A DNA stretch of 54,645 nt, filler included, from Sphacelaria rigidula (taxonomy: Eukaryota): assembly GCA_964200075.2 (NCBI GenBank). It is 4 parts of 4 records of this genome, joined end to end, with 100 filler letters (N's around TTAATTAATTAA, not from the genome) between each part and the next. Parts side by side here need not be neighbours in the genome. Positions count along the whole stretch, not along the records: positions 1 to 13,590 come from CAXNAA020002784.1; 3 more parts are not named here. The stretch is one strand, 5' to 3'. The notes under the pieces are model-generated. The model saw nothing but the letters and a program-made list of their open reading frames with translations. It searched no databases and was not told the origin of the DNA. This document shows positions 1 to 11,402 of the stretch, piece after piece; within the stretch, counting starts at the first letter, position 1, and the number at the start of each line of letters is the position of its first letter. The translations under genes were made by a program, and so were the position numbers.

Positions 1-14
1 AAACAACTATTAAC

Positions 15-87
15 CCGTCTCGAAGGGGATGCGTGGTCACTGGCCAAACAACTAAGGCAAGCAACAAATGAGTACGCCCCCCCCCCC
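15..87 (+). repeat. Short interspersed element, family A copy (about 70 nt + poly-C)
   Basis: ccgtctcgaaggggatgcgtggtcactggccaaacaactaaggcaagcaacaaatgagtacg followed by a C run; closely matches the copies at 11403 and 22956. Confidence 0.8.
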
Positions 88-924
88 AAAAAAAAAACCC
101 TACCGTATACGCAACCTGTACAACACCCACGAACACGTACGCTTGAGCTACCCTTGCTCTCACACGAAAACATCGAATTGCCCGTATACATGTTAAGCAC
201 CGATCAGATACAAGTGCTGTTCCACAAATCTACTTCCGTTCGTTTTTCGAAATGCCTCGTATTCGAGTACAGAACATGCACAGCGATGGACTGTTTTTTT
301 ATGCACACAACCAACCTGCGAAGGTCCAAATTTTTATTATATCCGGCACCTTCGTCAAACTATTCCTTATGTCACGACTTGTGATATGTTGGAGCTAATA
401 TCCCCGGCTTCAAGGCCCTGTTCGTTTCATGACTGCATGGCTCAAGTCTGGATTTTTTACTGAATTGAGTTACGTCCTGGTCAACTTACTCAATTTTTGT
501 GCTTACATTGGCTGTATATGCTACAGCAATTTTCGTCCGCGAAAATTCCGAACTACCCAAAAATGACAACTGCGTAGAGGCAAGGTGGTCGTTGATTCGA
601 CCAGGAAGCGTGAGCACCCCTTTTTCTTAACCTTGCTTTACAGGCAGTGCCCTGCTATCGAACACATACACACATCAGCCGTACTGATTCGATCGGCTGC
701 GGGAACCATGATTCGCGTAATAATCTGAAAGGTCGCGGAACATGACCTCAGCGGGAATCACGCTTGGAGAGCGTACAAAGCTAGCTGTGATGCGTGCCAT
801 CGCCAACCAACCGTGTTCGGCACTGGCTAGAGCCATTCGAGATTACACCCGTTCTTGCCATCCATTGTTCATTCGCATCTGTAAACATCTCTCCCCTGCC
901 TGCTTGCTCATGCTCGACGGGTAG

Positions 925-1038
925 AGGCTGATGAACATGAACAACCAAGCTACGCTATACAAACACGGGATGACTCCTGTCTTTCGACTCGCGGGGAATC
1001 CTCACTGGGCCCGGCTGAAGCAAAGGATCTCCTTTGAG
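925..1038 (+). CDS. AGBL5: AGBL5-like exon (N-terminal domain)
   Basis: [38 protein letters not shown]; donor GTATGC at 1039. Confidence 0.85.
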
Positions 1039-4000
1039 GTATGCACGTACGGTAACACTTTCAGTTGAACGGCCTCTCTGGATTTCCTGTGGTAGGTTTC
1101 TGGCGCCCGTCAGCTGATTTGATTGTGATTCACCGAAACGGCGTCGCTCTCTGCGTACCGTGACATACTGTCTTGCATTACCCTTTGCTTTCCCCCCCCC
1201 CACCCTTGTCCTTGCCCCTCGTCCGTCTTGGCACCGTTCGTTCTTCAGGAGAACGGACGGTATTTGCAGCTTCAATTTCAGTTCCGTTTTACCCGAGATC
1301 TCGAGGAGGTCTTCTTCGCGTACTGCTTCCCACACAGCTACGAGGACTGCCAAAGAGACCTTGACGACCTTGAAGACCAGGTGTACATCCTCCGAGTATA
1401 GCCCCGGGGAAGTTTCTGTAGCCCCTGCGATACCAAGGCGTGCGCATTGTGGGTCTGCTACACGTTCGTGGTTTTTGTTTGGCTGTTTGTTTCAATCGAA
1501 AATAATGAAGTGGGAAAAGGCCTCGTATTGACAACCGCGGGGATCGACAATCTTCGCGCTCGAAATCTCTGCGGAGGGACACAGTAGGGACTCTGTTGCC
1601 GCGAGTGACAGTCGCCTCTTGCTCTGTCCTGCGCCTTCGTCGCACCGTCCGGGGCGGCATCACGCAGGCGAGGCGTTCGGGAATGGCAGTACAGCCGTTG
1701 CTAACGCCGAAGCCTGGCCCGACGGGGTACTTCCATCGCGAGCTGTTGATACGAACTGCGGAAGGGAGGAGAATCGACCTCATCACGGTGACGGATTGCC
1801 ACGGAATTTCGGTGAGACATGAATTATTCACTTGTTTACCAAAAGAGATACCGTAGATCGAACCTGTAATATTAATAATAGTGTGGGCTTTTTCTCCAGC
1901 GCTTTTTTTCCCGGAACAGGGTTCTGGAAAATGATTATACGGTGCGGTACTTGAGCTTCGCGGTATCATTGCGGTACACGAGGATTGGTGCCCGTACATT
2001 GGGGTACGTACGGTACGATGTTCTTGTTCATTTTGACATCGTGGATTCTACCCTACCTCAGAGTCCGGTTTTCTCAAAGTTCGGTGCGGATAATACGGGG
2101 ACGGACGAATGCTGTTCCTACACGATACATGGAAATATAGCGGGGATTGTTGGACGCTGAAACCGCAATATCCTGCCGCGGAAAATCGCGGCAGTAGGCA
2201 TGCTGCAATGCACGTGGGTGGTCATTTGCGCGTTTGCACTTTCGATCAACGAACGTATGACAACCTCGATAGTCATCGTGCAGACGAGGACGGAAAAAGA
2301 AAACTCTGAAGAGACATGGAGAAAAATCAAGTGCGGAACGAAAATCAGTAAAGCGTTCATCTCGTTGTAATCCAAAACTTTGGGCTGTAAGTGACCATCT
2401 ACAAGTTACAGACCATTCATCCGCTGTACAGGACAGGAGGCAGACAGCACTAGTAACTCCGCCGGTGACCGCAAAAAAAAAAAGAAGAGGGAAACGACGA
2501 AAATACGTGGGGAGTGCGACGCAACGAAACGAGATATGACGACAACTAAAACAAGAGCAGAAAATGAGGGTATACGAAAAAAAGACACAGGTGACGCATA
2601 CTGTTAATGTAAAACCAGATCGCAACCTTTTTTCAGATCCTGGGCCATTTTCTAGTCTCCACAGTTCTCAGCGCAATGATGAACTGTACAGTCGATGCGC
2701 CCCGGACAGAGGTCGAAGCCCTCGCTCGTGGGAACAATATGCCGCATCTCGTTCGTCGATCTGGCAGCATTCGTAGAGGTTACAGCACACCAAAAAAATC
2801 GACACCGTTTGTGTACCTGTCCACCATGAACATCTTCCCTGAACTCTAACTAAGCCAGATGCGATTGGATCAGAAACTTGATCACCACATATTGTTCCCC
2901 ATGAGTGAGGACTCCAATCTTTCGTTCAGGGTGCGTTGACTGAATGGGTCATCGGGTCGGGTCAAAACTTCAGGAAAATAGGAGATATGGTCGAGGATAT
3001 CACCACACTGAAAAGTAAAGCCGGCATCGAAAACTCTTTTTCCATCACCGCACCAAATATCAAATATTACGCCCTGCGGTAGTACTTTAGTCGGCGTATG
3101 AATGTTTAGTTGGTGGCATGGGAATCGCTCACATGATGTCGTTTGGGGGAGGGGGGAGCGTACTCATTTTTTGCTTGCCTTGTAATAGTCGTTTGACCGT
3201 TGACCACGCATCCCTTTCCACACCGAGAAAATGACGGGGGGGAATGTACGCGGGGGATCCCAAACCCTGTCCGGGGCATCGTGAGCCCACCATGCGTACC
3301 TTTGAGCCGCGCCAAAACGGACATGCTGTCCCGTGCAGGATTTATATTTTGAGTATGGTACTCGTGGTTCACGGTACGTACGGTACGGTACCACAGAATC
3401 GCGGAACAGTATTCCACAGTGATGGAGTTGTGATTTTGTGATCCCGTGGTACGTCACGGTGCTAGATGCTGCACATTTATGCGGAACTGCGGTTAACCGT
3501 TAGACCGCGAGGGTGGTGCATCTAGATCATGCATATTTTTTTCAAGTGAAATTGATGCCGATCCAACAGATGACCTACTCTAGCTGTCTAAGGTTTGAGT
3601 TCCATAAACTTCAATAAACATGGGGAAAATAACGGCGGGAAAACGCTCCGAGGAAAGCCCTGTTCTTTTCCGTCTCTGCCGTGATGGCCGGCACGTTTCA
3701 ACCTCGCTAAAGCTCGTCGTCGTTCCTGCTCGACCGATGTCCTTAGTCTTTTCGTCGATCTAGAGATGAGATGTGCGCTACCGCCATCGAAGCAGCTTCG
3801 GTAAACCTTTCATCATTTTAGAGGGGCAGGGTCATTACGCACAAAATCCTTGCAGTGGTAACATAGGTCTGCCTACTGGTACGATGAATTAATGTACGTG
3901 ATGGGCCTGTGTAGCAGCGACAAGAAGAGTACCCGCTACCCACCACCCGGAGTCGAACAATATCGGCCGCGTTGTCCATGGTGCTCGCTCACTTCAGCTA

Positions 4001-7000
4001 TGGACACTCATCGTCGAACCTGCTTTTACCCAGGACGAGCGCGAACCTCGAATAAATGAACAGCTGTTTCCAGACCTGCCGTCGAGGCGTAGACCTCTAG
4101 AGTTCGTGGGCAAGGACGTGGTGTTCGTCTCGGCGAGGGTGCACCCGGGCGAAACACCAGCAAGCTTCGTCATGCAGGGAATCCTCAGGTGATACTCCCG
4201 CTCGACACCCGCCACGGCACACATGCTGCCGTCGGCCCGAATGTCACGGAAAAGGGGAGAGGGGAGGGGGGCTATACCCGCAAGCAAGACGTATCGCTTC
4301 TCCAACGGCTAGCGCCCCCTGCTCTGAGTTGCGGGCTTTTGACTGCTCCATCGAAGCTGGTAAATGATACTGACATCCCTCCATGGTCATGTACTCTGTT
4401 GTACTATGCTCCTCTACTTACTGCGCTTTCGCTACGCCACGAACGACGCTCACGGCCTTGTCGTGGCGATTGCCCCGCGCTAGGCCACGGTAGTACACCG
4501 AACAGAGCGCTAGGTCGACGTCAACGCGATCGCCGTCTGCTCTTCCTGCGCCCGTCGCAGGTTCCTCTTAGATCCTATCGACCCCCGCTCGGCTGAACTA
4601 AGGCGGAGGTTTGTTTTCAAGATCGTGCCGCTTCTCAACCCCGACGGTGTGGCCGCTGGTCACTTCCGACAGGACTCGTACGGAAACAACCTCAACCGTC
4701 ACTACGGCGACCCACACCCCGAGATCCACGCGCCGGTGTTCGGCGCTAAGTCCGTTGTCATGCACCACGCGGCGCAACCGAAGGGAAGGTGTGTGACGTA
4801 ACGAAGGAGGGCGGCAGCAGGGACATTATTCTCGATAAGTTGGCGATTGCGATGGTGCCGAACTAGGGGCTCACGGGGTGCATCACCGAGTCGAGCTGCC
4901 TGGTGCTGGGTGAAAAAAAGCAAGCGGTGGCGCAGTTTTTGCTTTTGATTTGAGGCATGATAGCGGTTAAATCTGACACCAAGAGCGAGACCGACTCCAA
5001 CGCGGAAACTGCGGAGGTTTTTGTACCTTTGTACATTATGCGTAAGTTCGTCGAGGATTAAAGCCACCCGGATCGTCGTTGCCTTGTTCGTTCGTTGCAC
5101 AACAGGGGAAAGCTGACCTTGTACCTGGATTTGCATGCGCACGCTTCCGCGAGGGGCTGCTTTATGTACGGCAACCATCTCCCCGGGCTGGAGGATCAGG
5201 TGGGTTTCAAGTCTTGGAGAGACTTCAATTTTTTACCACGAGAGGGCAAACCAGTCTTCTTGGCCAGTAGATGACACCCAAACGTCGTCGGGTCAGAGTC
5301 TTTTCCCGACGTACATCACCCGTAGGGTTGTGGTGCTTTTCTCGACTCATGTAGCTGTCGTTCAATAGGTCGCTGCTTGGCGACAAATAATATGGCACTC
5401 AATACGTGTTGCTTATCGTGTGTGGACTGTAAAGCCGCCTTGAGATTATTGGCAGCGGTGGTTGCCTCGGTTGTGACGCGCGAAGAAGGCGATCGTGTGG
5501 TTGAGAAGCGATGAGTGATTCACCGTGTCGGTTCGGTCAGCGGCTAGCCGACTAGCGAGGGTTCGGTCACGAAGGCGAACTCCATGGTTGGCGGACTAGG
5601 TTTTTAGCCCCCCTTGCCTGGACCGCGTGATACGCGGTACGATCAAACTGCCCAAAGACAGGACCGCGGGCACGAGTCCGCCCCTAACAACGACCAGTTT
5701 TCCGCGGCAAGGGGTGCAGCCGTTGGGGGCAACCCTGGGGCAGTTCGGGCGTAGCTCGGACCATGAAGTGGGCGGGGGTGGTGTAGGCCAACGAAGTAGC
5801 TACCGTGGGAGCTCATGACGGGATGAGGGCCGAGGCAGGGGCCTGTGCTATGGAGTGGGCGTTAGCGCGGGCGGCACGGCCGCGGAAATGAGTGCTGACG
5901 GGGCAGCGAGGGCGCCGGTGGCCGAGCCAGCGTCAGAGTCGCTGCCACGGGGGGGGAGGGGTGGCGACCGGAGGGGTGGTGGTACCTGCAAAAAGTCCTG
6001 CCTCCATGGCAGTTACGGAAGTAGCATCGGTGGCACCAGCCGCGGCAAACGGCGGGGATCATGAGGTTTATAGCGGTCGACATGCCTCGACGGTGGCCTA
6101 GTTTTGTGCAATACGAAGCGGAGGAGGGGGCATATTCCGGTGGCGAAACGAGTACAGTGTCAGAGTGTGTAATCTGACAAGTGTGCTATGCCGCGCGATA
6201 TGACGATTCGAGCCATTGTCGAGGGAAGGTGTCGAAAGTTGGCCGTTGCCAAAGTCTCGCTGCGACGCGCTGATCGACGGCTTTTGCTTCCGATGGCTGG
6301 CGTACAGGGTTCAAGTTTGAAAACGCGTCGAGCACATCATGAACCAACGGGGTTGCGTGGGGCGTCCTAGTACGTCGGTCAGTGAAACCGTAGGCATCGT
6401 CGGGTCTACCAGTGTAGAGTGGGTCAGCTCCGTCGGTACGCAGCACAGCGTCATCGACGCACCAATGTCTGGCTGTGGCACCGCCGGCCGCTGTGATGCG
6501 AGCATGTGTTATGTGTGCATCGTATCCTGGAGAAAAAAATCGTGGGCGGGAGATCTGTGGCGCTAAATTCTGGAGTACGGGTGTGTGTGTGTGTGTGATA
6601 GTGTGGCAAACTGACGGTCCCGGTTCTCTTTGAAAAACTTTGCAACTTGTGCAGAGCGCCTCGCAACGGATGCTCAACATATATAGATAATGTTTGTGCA
6701 ATCTGGGAGGGATGCCCGACAGCGGAACGTTTGCTGGCGTGGGGGGCGCCAATCGATATTTTTCGGGCACTGACGGGGGTGTCTTTCGCGATGATAAAGT
6801 TCCACAGAGGGAATGCGCGAGCGCTTAGCAGCTCTGCAGAAGTGTAGCGATTTGTGCATAAGCAACTCGCTGTTGTTGCTCCTCTGAAAAGAAGTGTGGG
6901 TGCAAAAGGAATGTTGGTGCACAGCAGCCTCGGTAAAACTGTCTGATGTACTGTCAATTAGTGCAGTATTCCGCTGTAATGAAGAAAGCGGCTTTAGAAA

Positions 7001-10000
7001 AGAAGAAAAATGTGTGGTGGGGGCACGCGATTGGATACGAAAAAAGTCGGTATTATGCTATGTATAATGCGTTGCGGAAACTCGTTAGGGCAACAGACCG
7101 TAGGACGACACGAAAGCGTGTGGGTTAGCTCATCAAGAGAGCAAATGCGTACAATATGTTGAACTGCCCCACAATCTGTGCAGCCAGTAAGAAAGGCAAA
7201 CGAATAGGGGAGTGTGGTGCGGACGGCTGCAGCTAACAGCGAAAATCCAAGCATCCTCTTTTGACCCTTATAAACACTGAATCATGACGAAAGGTGCCCA
7301 TCATGATTGCACGTTTCCCGGAAATTTTCGTTATTGTTGTATGTGTAGGCGGAGAATCAGCTGCTGCCCCTGCTGATGACCCTCACCACTCCGCACTTTG
7401 ACTTCGCGTCGTGCAACTTCAGCCTCAAGCACATGTATCGCGTGGACAGCGGGGATGACGGCCTCAGTGCCGAGGGCACGGGTCGGGTGTTTTACGGGAG
7501 GAACGCGGGAGTGCTGCGTTCTTACACGCTTGAGTGCAACTATAACACGGGAAAGGTATGTATGTGGGGTTGATTTTTTGGGAAGAATATCTGCGAGGAT
7601 CTGATATCATTGCCTGTGACCACAAATAGCACGCCGAAATATTCATCGCGAGTTCGCAGTCAATATAGTACATACCTGTTTTACTATAGGATTTAGTGTA
7701 CACGCTGAGAGTCGGATCTTCGTAAGGTTAACAGTCCCACGCACTCCTCAGCGTGTGCAGCACGCGTTTGTTTCTAGCGCTCACCTGAGCTTTGCCAACG
7801 CACACGTCGCCTACGACGTCCCCTATGGTACACGGTTCCCACCTACCCCACCGTCGCTCCGCTCCTCCCCCCATTTGAAGGTTGACGGTCGTTGGCAACG
7901 ACCCTGTAAAACACGCCACTCATTGCGTAAGCTAGGCAACCATGTTACCGTTTTTGTTTTGTGCTTACGTTCTTTTTGCGGTAACCATGATGATGGTGGT
8001 AACCATCTTCGTGGGCGAGCTACATAACATTGTGCGAGGTGGAGAACCTGAATTCCGTGCAAGGGGGATGAGCTACCCATGAGGCAGTACGGAACTCGTA
8101 GGTGTCTCTGAAAGTGGCGGTACCAGAAATCATAGCAACTCATTAAAGGCTGCCATCCATGTGCAAGATAGTCAGTACGCTTCAGGCCGAAAAATCTTAG
8201 CAGGATGCAGCTCACCCTTCATGCGACTCGCCGAGGACATCACGGCGCTTCGCGCTTGGTGACTCCGAGCCTGGTCCGGCGAAAACCCGGCGTGCTCCGT
8301 CCCCGCTTTGTAGGGATGCGAGATCAATGGTCTAGTGAACACGATATGCAAGATCTTGAGTCCATCCTCCCCTCGCTTCAGGGTTCTCGATCTGTGTGGG
8401 TTTCAGGCCATCGGGTTACGGTTGGGGTTCCGGAGATTCAAGTATCAACAATAGGAATGTGACCACGACCTCGCGGGAACCGGCCTGCCTGGTTTTAACG
8501 CACCCCAGATTGGCTTTTGTTCGCCTTTCGGGTAATGCTAATTTGATCAGCTACAGATGATAACCTCCTTGTCTGAGGGAATTTTATTTTTTCGCTGTCG
8601 AAGGGTCATGTTCATATAGGGCAAGTTGGATCGGCGATCTCCCGCAGTGCCGGATTCCCAAAGCATCCATTTGTCGACTCACCATCAGCTTTAATAATGG
8701 CAGGTCACCCGTAAATGATCGTCGCCCGTCCACCGATTGAGAGATCATTACGCACGTTGGCGATGCGTGTAATATCTTTAGGCCATGTGCAATCACATCC
8801 CGCCCTCGCATGGACGGAAGGAAGGGGACGTTGCCAGTCCGGAGAGAAAGCAAACGTCTCCCCCCAAGTATCATCCCGATATATGGAGGGATGTCGGTCG
8901 AGGTTTCCTTAAAGCTTTGCTGGACGCAGAGGGGGTCTTGGTGTGGTCACGCCTACCCTTGTCCAAGTTCAGAACGCTCGACAGGGTGAGTTGGAATACT
9001 TGTTGCTTGGCGCGATATTCTTTCCAAGACATATATGCACACTGTGCCGAGTCGTTATGCGCATCATTTCGGCCCATCAGCACGTAGTCAGATGAGTTGA
9101 TGGTGATAGACGTTTTGTAAAAGAAGCGGTCAATCGCATGCGTTCCGGTTTTCACATCAGGGCACACATTGACGCTCTGATTGATTTCTGTTATCAATAA
9201 ACCAAGCCCCCGCTCTTCCAAGGCTGATTGTGATCCCTTGAGCGCCCTCGTATTCCTTTCCCCGCGCACAACCAGCGACAAACCAACTACACCCCCCCCT
9301 TCCCCTGACACACAACAAAGGCACGAAGGTACTTGATGAACGAGCTGAGAAGCCAGCCCGCTTATCGAGAGCAGTCTCTCCTCCTACGCCGTGGAGCAGC
9401 ATCTGCCGCCTCTGCTGCTGTTGGCCAAACGTCGCCGAGGCCACAGCACCGACCCCCATTCCCTCCTGCATCCGCTAATCATAATGCCCCGACGCCGGAA
9501 AGCACGCCTTCGCACACGCGACCCTCTCCAGTACGAGACGCTGGTACTAGTGCGGCTGATAGTACCAGCTCTTGTTTGCCCGAGGAGGCGAAAATGACCA
9601 AACGGCCGCACGCTGCTAGCACCGTGGCGCTTGAGCTGCACACCGGTGGAGTCGTCGGCAGCGACGCACCACCTGCGCGTGCCGACCGCAGCAGCAGCAG
9701 CAGCAGTTTATTACTACTGCCCGAGAGACGGGGCAAGTCCCACCCGCCGCTCTTACCCAGACATCCGAGCAGACGCACGTCTGCGTTCGCGAGCAACACC
9801 ACTTCGTCACCGATAATGAGGACTAGGATGGACGCTTCACCCCGTCAGATCTTACGCACCAGGAACTCGGGTAGCGGGAGTAGCAGTAGCTGCAGCTCTG
9901 GCAGTGTCGTAACGCGGTTAGGACATCGCCCGCCCATCGCCAGAGGGGTGGGAGGAGAAACACCAGGCCGGGTGAAGGATGATCAAAACCGCGATGGAGT

Positions 10001-10634
10001 AGAGGCCGACGTGATCGCTGCGGCCGGCGGCATCGACGACCATGAGACGGAGCGACAGGGTGGTGGTGGTAATACCCGTGGTGGCAAGTCAGGCGACGGT
10101 GGGGGCCAGCGGTTGCGGCAGCAGCCGCGTCGGCATCGTCGCGTGGAACGTTCCATGTCACTGGATGCAGGAGGAGGACGTGGCGGTAGTTGTCAGCGTC
10201 GCGAAACACGGGCGAACAACGTCAAGACGGCAGCAGCAGGCGGTAGAAGAGGAAGCAGCAGCAGCAGCAGCAGCAGCAGCCGGAAAAGAACGCCGTCGCG
10301 TTCCCGGCGGAGACACGGCGCAAAAAGTAGTAGCGACAAAGCGAAGGTCAGCGGTCTCACGCCGCGGCGTGGCCGGGATGATCCGTTGGATACCAACCTG
10401 CGGTTCCCCGAGGGTGCGGTAGGGCGCCGAGCCATGCTCATGTCGTCGTCCACGACATCAGCGGCCGAAGGAGCAGTAGCGACGGTGGTGACTGGGCGTC
10501 AAAGGCGAGAACATCCTGTGCACCCGCAACGACACGCCGATGTGCTACAGTCTCCGCAGAAAACCAGTACTTCCGCTGCAATCGTACAACGGCTTGAGGT
10601 AGATGAGCAACAACCAGGGCCGGGTTGGGAGTAG
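925..10634 (+). CDS. AGBL5: Cytosolic carboxypeptidase 5-like (AGBL5/CCP5, peptidase M14 tubulin deglutamylase), spliced, 5'-partial
   Basis: Phase-consistent GT-AG join(925..1038,1249..1380,1668..1811,4034..4188,4561..4788,5106..5199,7349..7555,8782..8985,9321..10634), 2592 nt. Motifs in CCP5 order: [33 protein letters not shown]...[32 protein letters not shown]...[42 protein letters not shown]. The first acceptor could be at 925 or 927. N-terminal exons lie outside this contig. Confidence 0.92.
1249..1380 (+). CDS. AGBL5: AGBL5-like exon
   Basis: Acceptor ttcttcag; [44 protein letters not shown]; donor GTGTAC. Confidence 0.88.
1668..1811 (+). CDS. AGBL5: AGBL5-like exon
   Basis: Acceptor cacgcag; ...[29 protein letters not shown]; donor GTGAGA. 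Confidence 0.88.
1885..3660. mobile_element. Probable non-autonomous TIR DNA transposon in the AGBL5 intron
   Basis: Imperfect terminal inverted repeats: left gggctttttctccagcgctttttttcccg (1885-1913); right end reverse-complemented gggctttcctcggagcgttttcccg (3636-3660). CGGTAC motifs cluster near both ends. No TSD seen. Confidence 0.5.
3145..3218 (-). repeat. Family A short element, 5'-truncated, reverse orientation
   Basis: Reverse complement gaaagggatgcgtggtcaacggtcaaacgactattacaaggcaagcaaaaaatgagtacgc followed by a C-rich run. Confidence 0.8.
4034..4188 (+). CDS. AGBL5: AGBL5-like exon (zinc-binding HPGE motif)
   Basis: Acceptor ttttacccag; [14 protein letters not shown]...[22 protein letters not shown]; phase-2 donor GTGATA. 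Confidence 0.92.
4561..4788 (+). CDS. AGBL5: AGBL5-like exon (NPDG / LNR motifs)
   Basis: Acceptor ccgtcgcag; [48 protein letters not shown]...; phase-2 donor GTGTGT. Confidence 0.92.
5106..5199 (+). CDS. AGBL5: AGBL5-like exon (third zinc ligand, DLHAH)
   Basis: Acceptor caacag; [31 protein letters not shown]; donor GTGGGT. Confidence 0.92.
5220..6540 (-). mobile_element. Possible decayed retroelement (gag-like) fragment in the AGBL5 intron
   Basis: GC-rich coding-like tracts with scattered stops on the minus strand, a broken knuckle-like ...SYCTKLGH... near 6090-6120, and a Pro/Arg-rich linker. No diagnostic enzyme motif. Confidence 0.25.
7349..7555 (+). CDS. AGBL5: AGBL5-like exon (catalytic Glu, YTLE)
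   Basis: Acceptor gtgtag; [25 protein letters not shown]...[12 protein letters not shown]; donor GTATGT. Confidence 0.92.
8268..8335 (+). repeat. Chimeric family B/A short element
   Basis: 5' part agcctggtccggcgaaaacccggcgtgctccgtcccc matches family B (25850, 27220). 3' part agggatgcgagatcaatggtc matches family A. Ends in CTAG followed by T. Confidence 0.7.
8782..8985 (+). CDS. AGBL5: AGBL5-like exon
   Basis: Acceptor atctttag; AMCNHIPP...[22 protein letters not shown]...[14 protein letters not shown]; donor GTGAGT. Confidence 0.88.
9321..10634 (+). CDS. AGBL5: AGBL5-like probable terminal exon (long low-complexity S/R/G/A-rich tail)
   Basis: CTGAC branch-like site and AAG acceptor (9318-9320); in frame [16 protein letters not shown]... 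to TAG. Internal introns or a later final exon cannot be excluded. Confidence 0.7.
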   Translation, partial: ARRYLMNELRSQPAYREQSLLLRRGAASAASAAVGQTSPRPQHRPPFPPASANHNAPTPESTPSHTRPSPVRDAGTSAADSTSSCLPEEAKMTKRPHAASTVALELHTGGVVGSDAPPARADRSSSSSSLLLLPERRGKSHPPLLPRHPSRRTSAFASNTTSSPIMRTRMDASPRQILRTRNSGSGSSSSCSSGSVVTRLGHRPPIARGVGGETPGRVKDDQNRDGVEADVIAAAGGIDDHETERQGGGGNTRGGKSGDGGGQRLRQQPRRHRRVERSMSLDAGGGRGGSCQRRETRANNVKTAAAGGRRGSSSSSSSSSRKRTPSRSRRRHGAKSSSDKAKVSGLTPRRGRDDPLDTNLRFPEGAVGRRAMLMSSSTTSAAEGAVATVVTGRQRREHPVHPQRHADVLQSPQKTSTSAAIVQRLEVDEQQPGPGWE

Positions 10635-11402
10635 TGGGTGTATTATGGGACGGGGCGGGACGGGGCGTGGCTGGAAGGATTCAGGGCTCGCACTTCGCCG
10701 CGTCACAAAATCAACTCACTGTGTACGGAGGCAGGGGAGAGTACGGTGCAGTTGACTTTTTTCCAACTGCTCGAGACGACTTCATGCACAGCCCCATGGA
10801 CGACCAGGGAAGAACCACGAGCTTTGTGGTGCTGTTTGCCGTTCTACGCGCCGTGGGTGATATGTGGGATACACGTATTAAACGCAGAATGTTCCCCTAC
10901 GAGCCCTGAACGCACACCTTGCTGGGCTGGGTATTCATCCCATTTCTGTTGCCTTCCATCACCACGTCCGTGATGAAAGATAATGGAAAGTTGTGGTCAC
11001 ACGATACATCACCACCACAAATTTATTCATTCCTTTTACGCGCGGCATCGCACATACAACGTCACCCTACATCACAGGAGATACTATTCAACGCAAGGGC
11101 GGGGGAGCGGGGGAGGGAAGGCGCGAGATACACACGCACGTAACGCCACACAACACGCCACAATCCTAGTAGTTCGGCCGTCACCATGGAATCGAAGACG
11201 GACGAACACACACATAATCGAAGATCAGCATCCCTTACAAGCCCAAGATATGCGCACACACCAACACTCATACCGAAACACAAATCACGTGAAAGTCGTT
11301 CACTCGAACAGCGGTGCGGAGTACACGAGAATCGAGACGGTAATTTAGTACTCTGTGATGCACACAGACCTCCATACGGACAGAGGCAAACATTCCCCCC
11401 AA

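Noticed and set aside
1289..1999. 236-aa minus-strand ORF and the many similar 60-230-aa ORFs in the track
   Set aside because: They are shadows of real exons, TE fragments or GC-rich intron sequence, with no independent motif support.
9333..10634. 433-aa ORF as a stand-alone gene
   Set aside because: It begins at a TTG codon 12 nt after an in-phase splice acceptor and continues the AGBL5 frame.
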